A DNA stretch of 64,000 nucleotides from Amphiscolops sp. MND2022 (Eukaryota): assembly GCA_964187785.1 (NCBI GenBank), contig OZ076411.1, forward strand, positions 73,346,001 through 73,410,000, read 5' to 3'. The notes under the pieces were generated by a model. It was not told where the DNA came from, made no database searches, and saw only the letters and a list, made by a program, of their open reading frames with translations. Of this stretch, positions 63,911 to 64,000 are shown piece after piece (within the stretch, counting starts at the first letter, position 1; every line of letters starts with the position of its first letter). The translations under genes and the position numbers were made by a program.

Positions 63911-63982
63911 ATATGAGTTGTCGCTTTATATGAGTTGTCGCTTTTTGAATTTGATACGAATTGTCGCTTGATATGAGTTGCA
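63911..63982. repeat. Short GAGTTGTCGCTT repeat cluster, possibly the subterminal array of a further TIR element
   Basis: Four imperfect copies at the window edge. The partner end is not visible. Confidence 0.4.
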
Positions 63983-64000
63983 GCAAGTTTTTTCTCAATC

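Overview
Eukaryotic DNA, probably from an invertebrate animal (it contains a BEL/Pao retroelement, a group essentially restricted to metazoans). The window is almost entirely transposon sequence. I found no host gene, rRNA, tRNA or CRISPR array. (1) 1-42106 is a mosaic of decayed LINE, RLE-type (CRE-like), Gypsy, Tc1 and hAT fragments amplified by three near-identical tandem duplications (periods ~9.38 kb, 4.45 kb and ~11.6 kb). Their new junctions carry microhomology or short templated insertions. (2) 43-53 kb holds a dead Gypsy element and a full-length dead BEL/Pao element with both LTRs and a 5-bp TSD. (3) 54125-56890 is a young APE-type LINE with an uninterrupted 874-aa ORF. (4) 56912-64000 is a chain of Mutator (Phantom-like) elements with 9-bp TSDs. 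The most unusual observation is in this chain: new elements repeatedly sit at nucleotides 4-12 of another element's left terminus. The elements also share a structured ~190-bp module, and their transposase remnants reconstruct a FLYWCH-DDE-RING protein. All alignments and translations were done by eye; boundaries marked approximate may be off by tens of bp.
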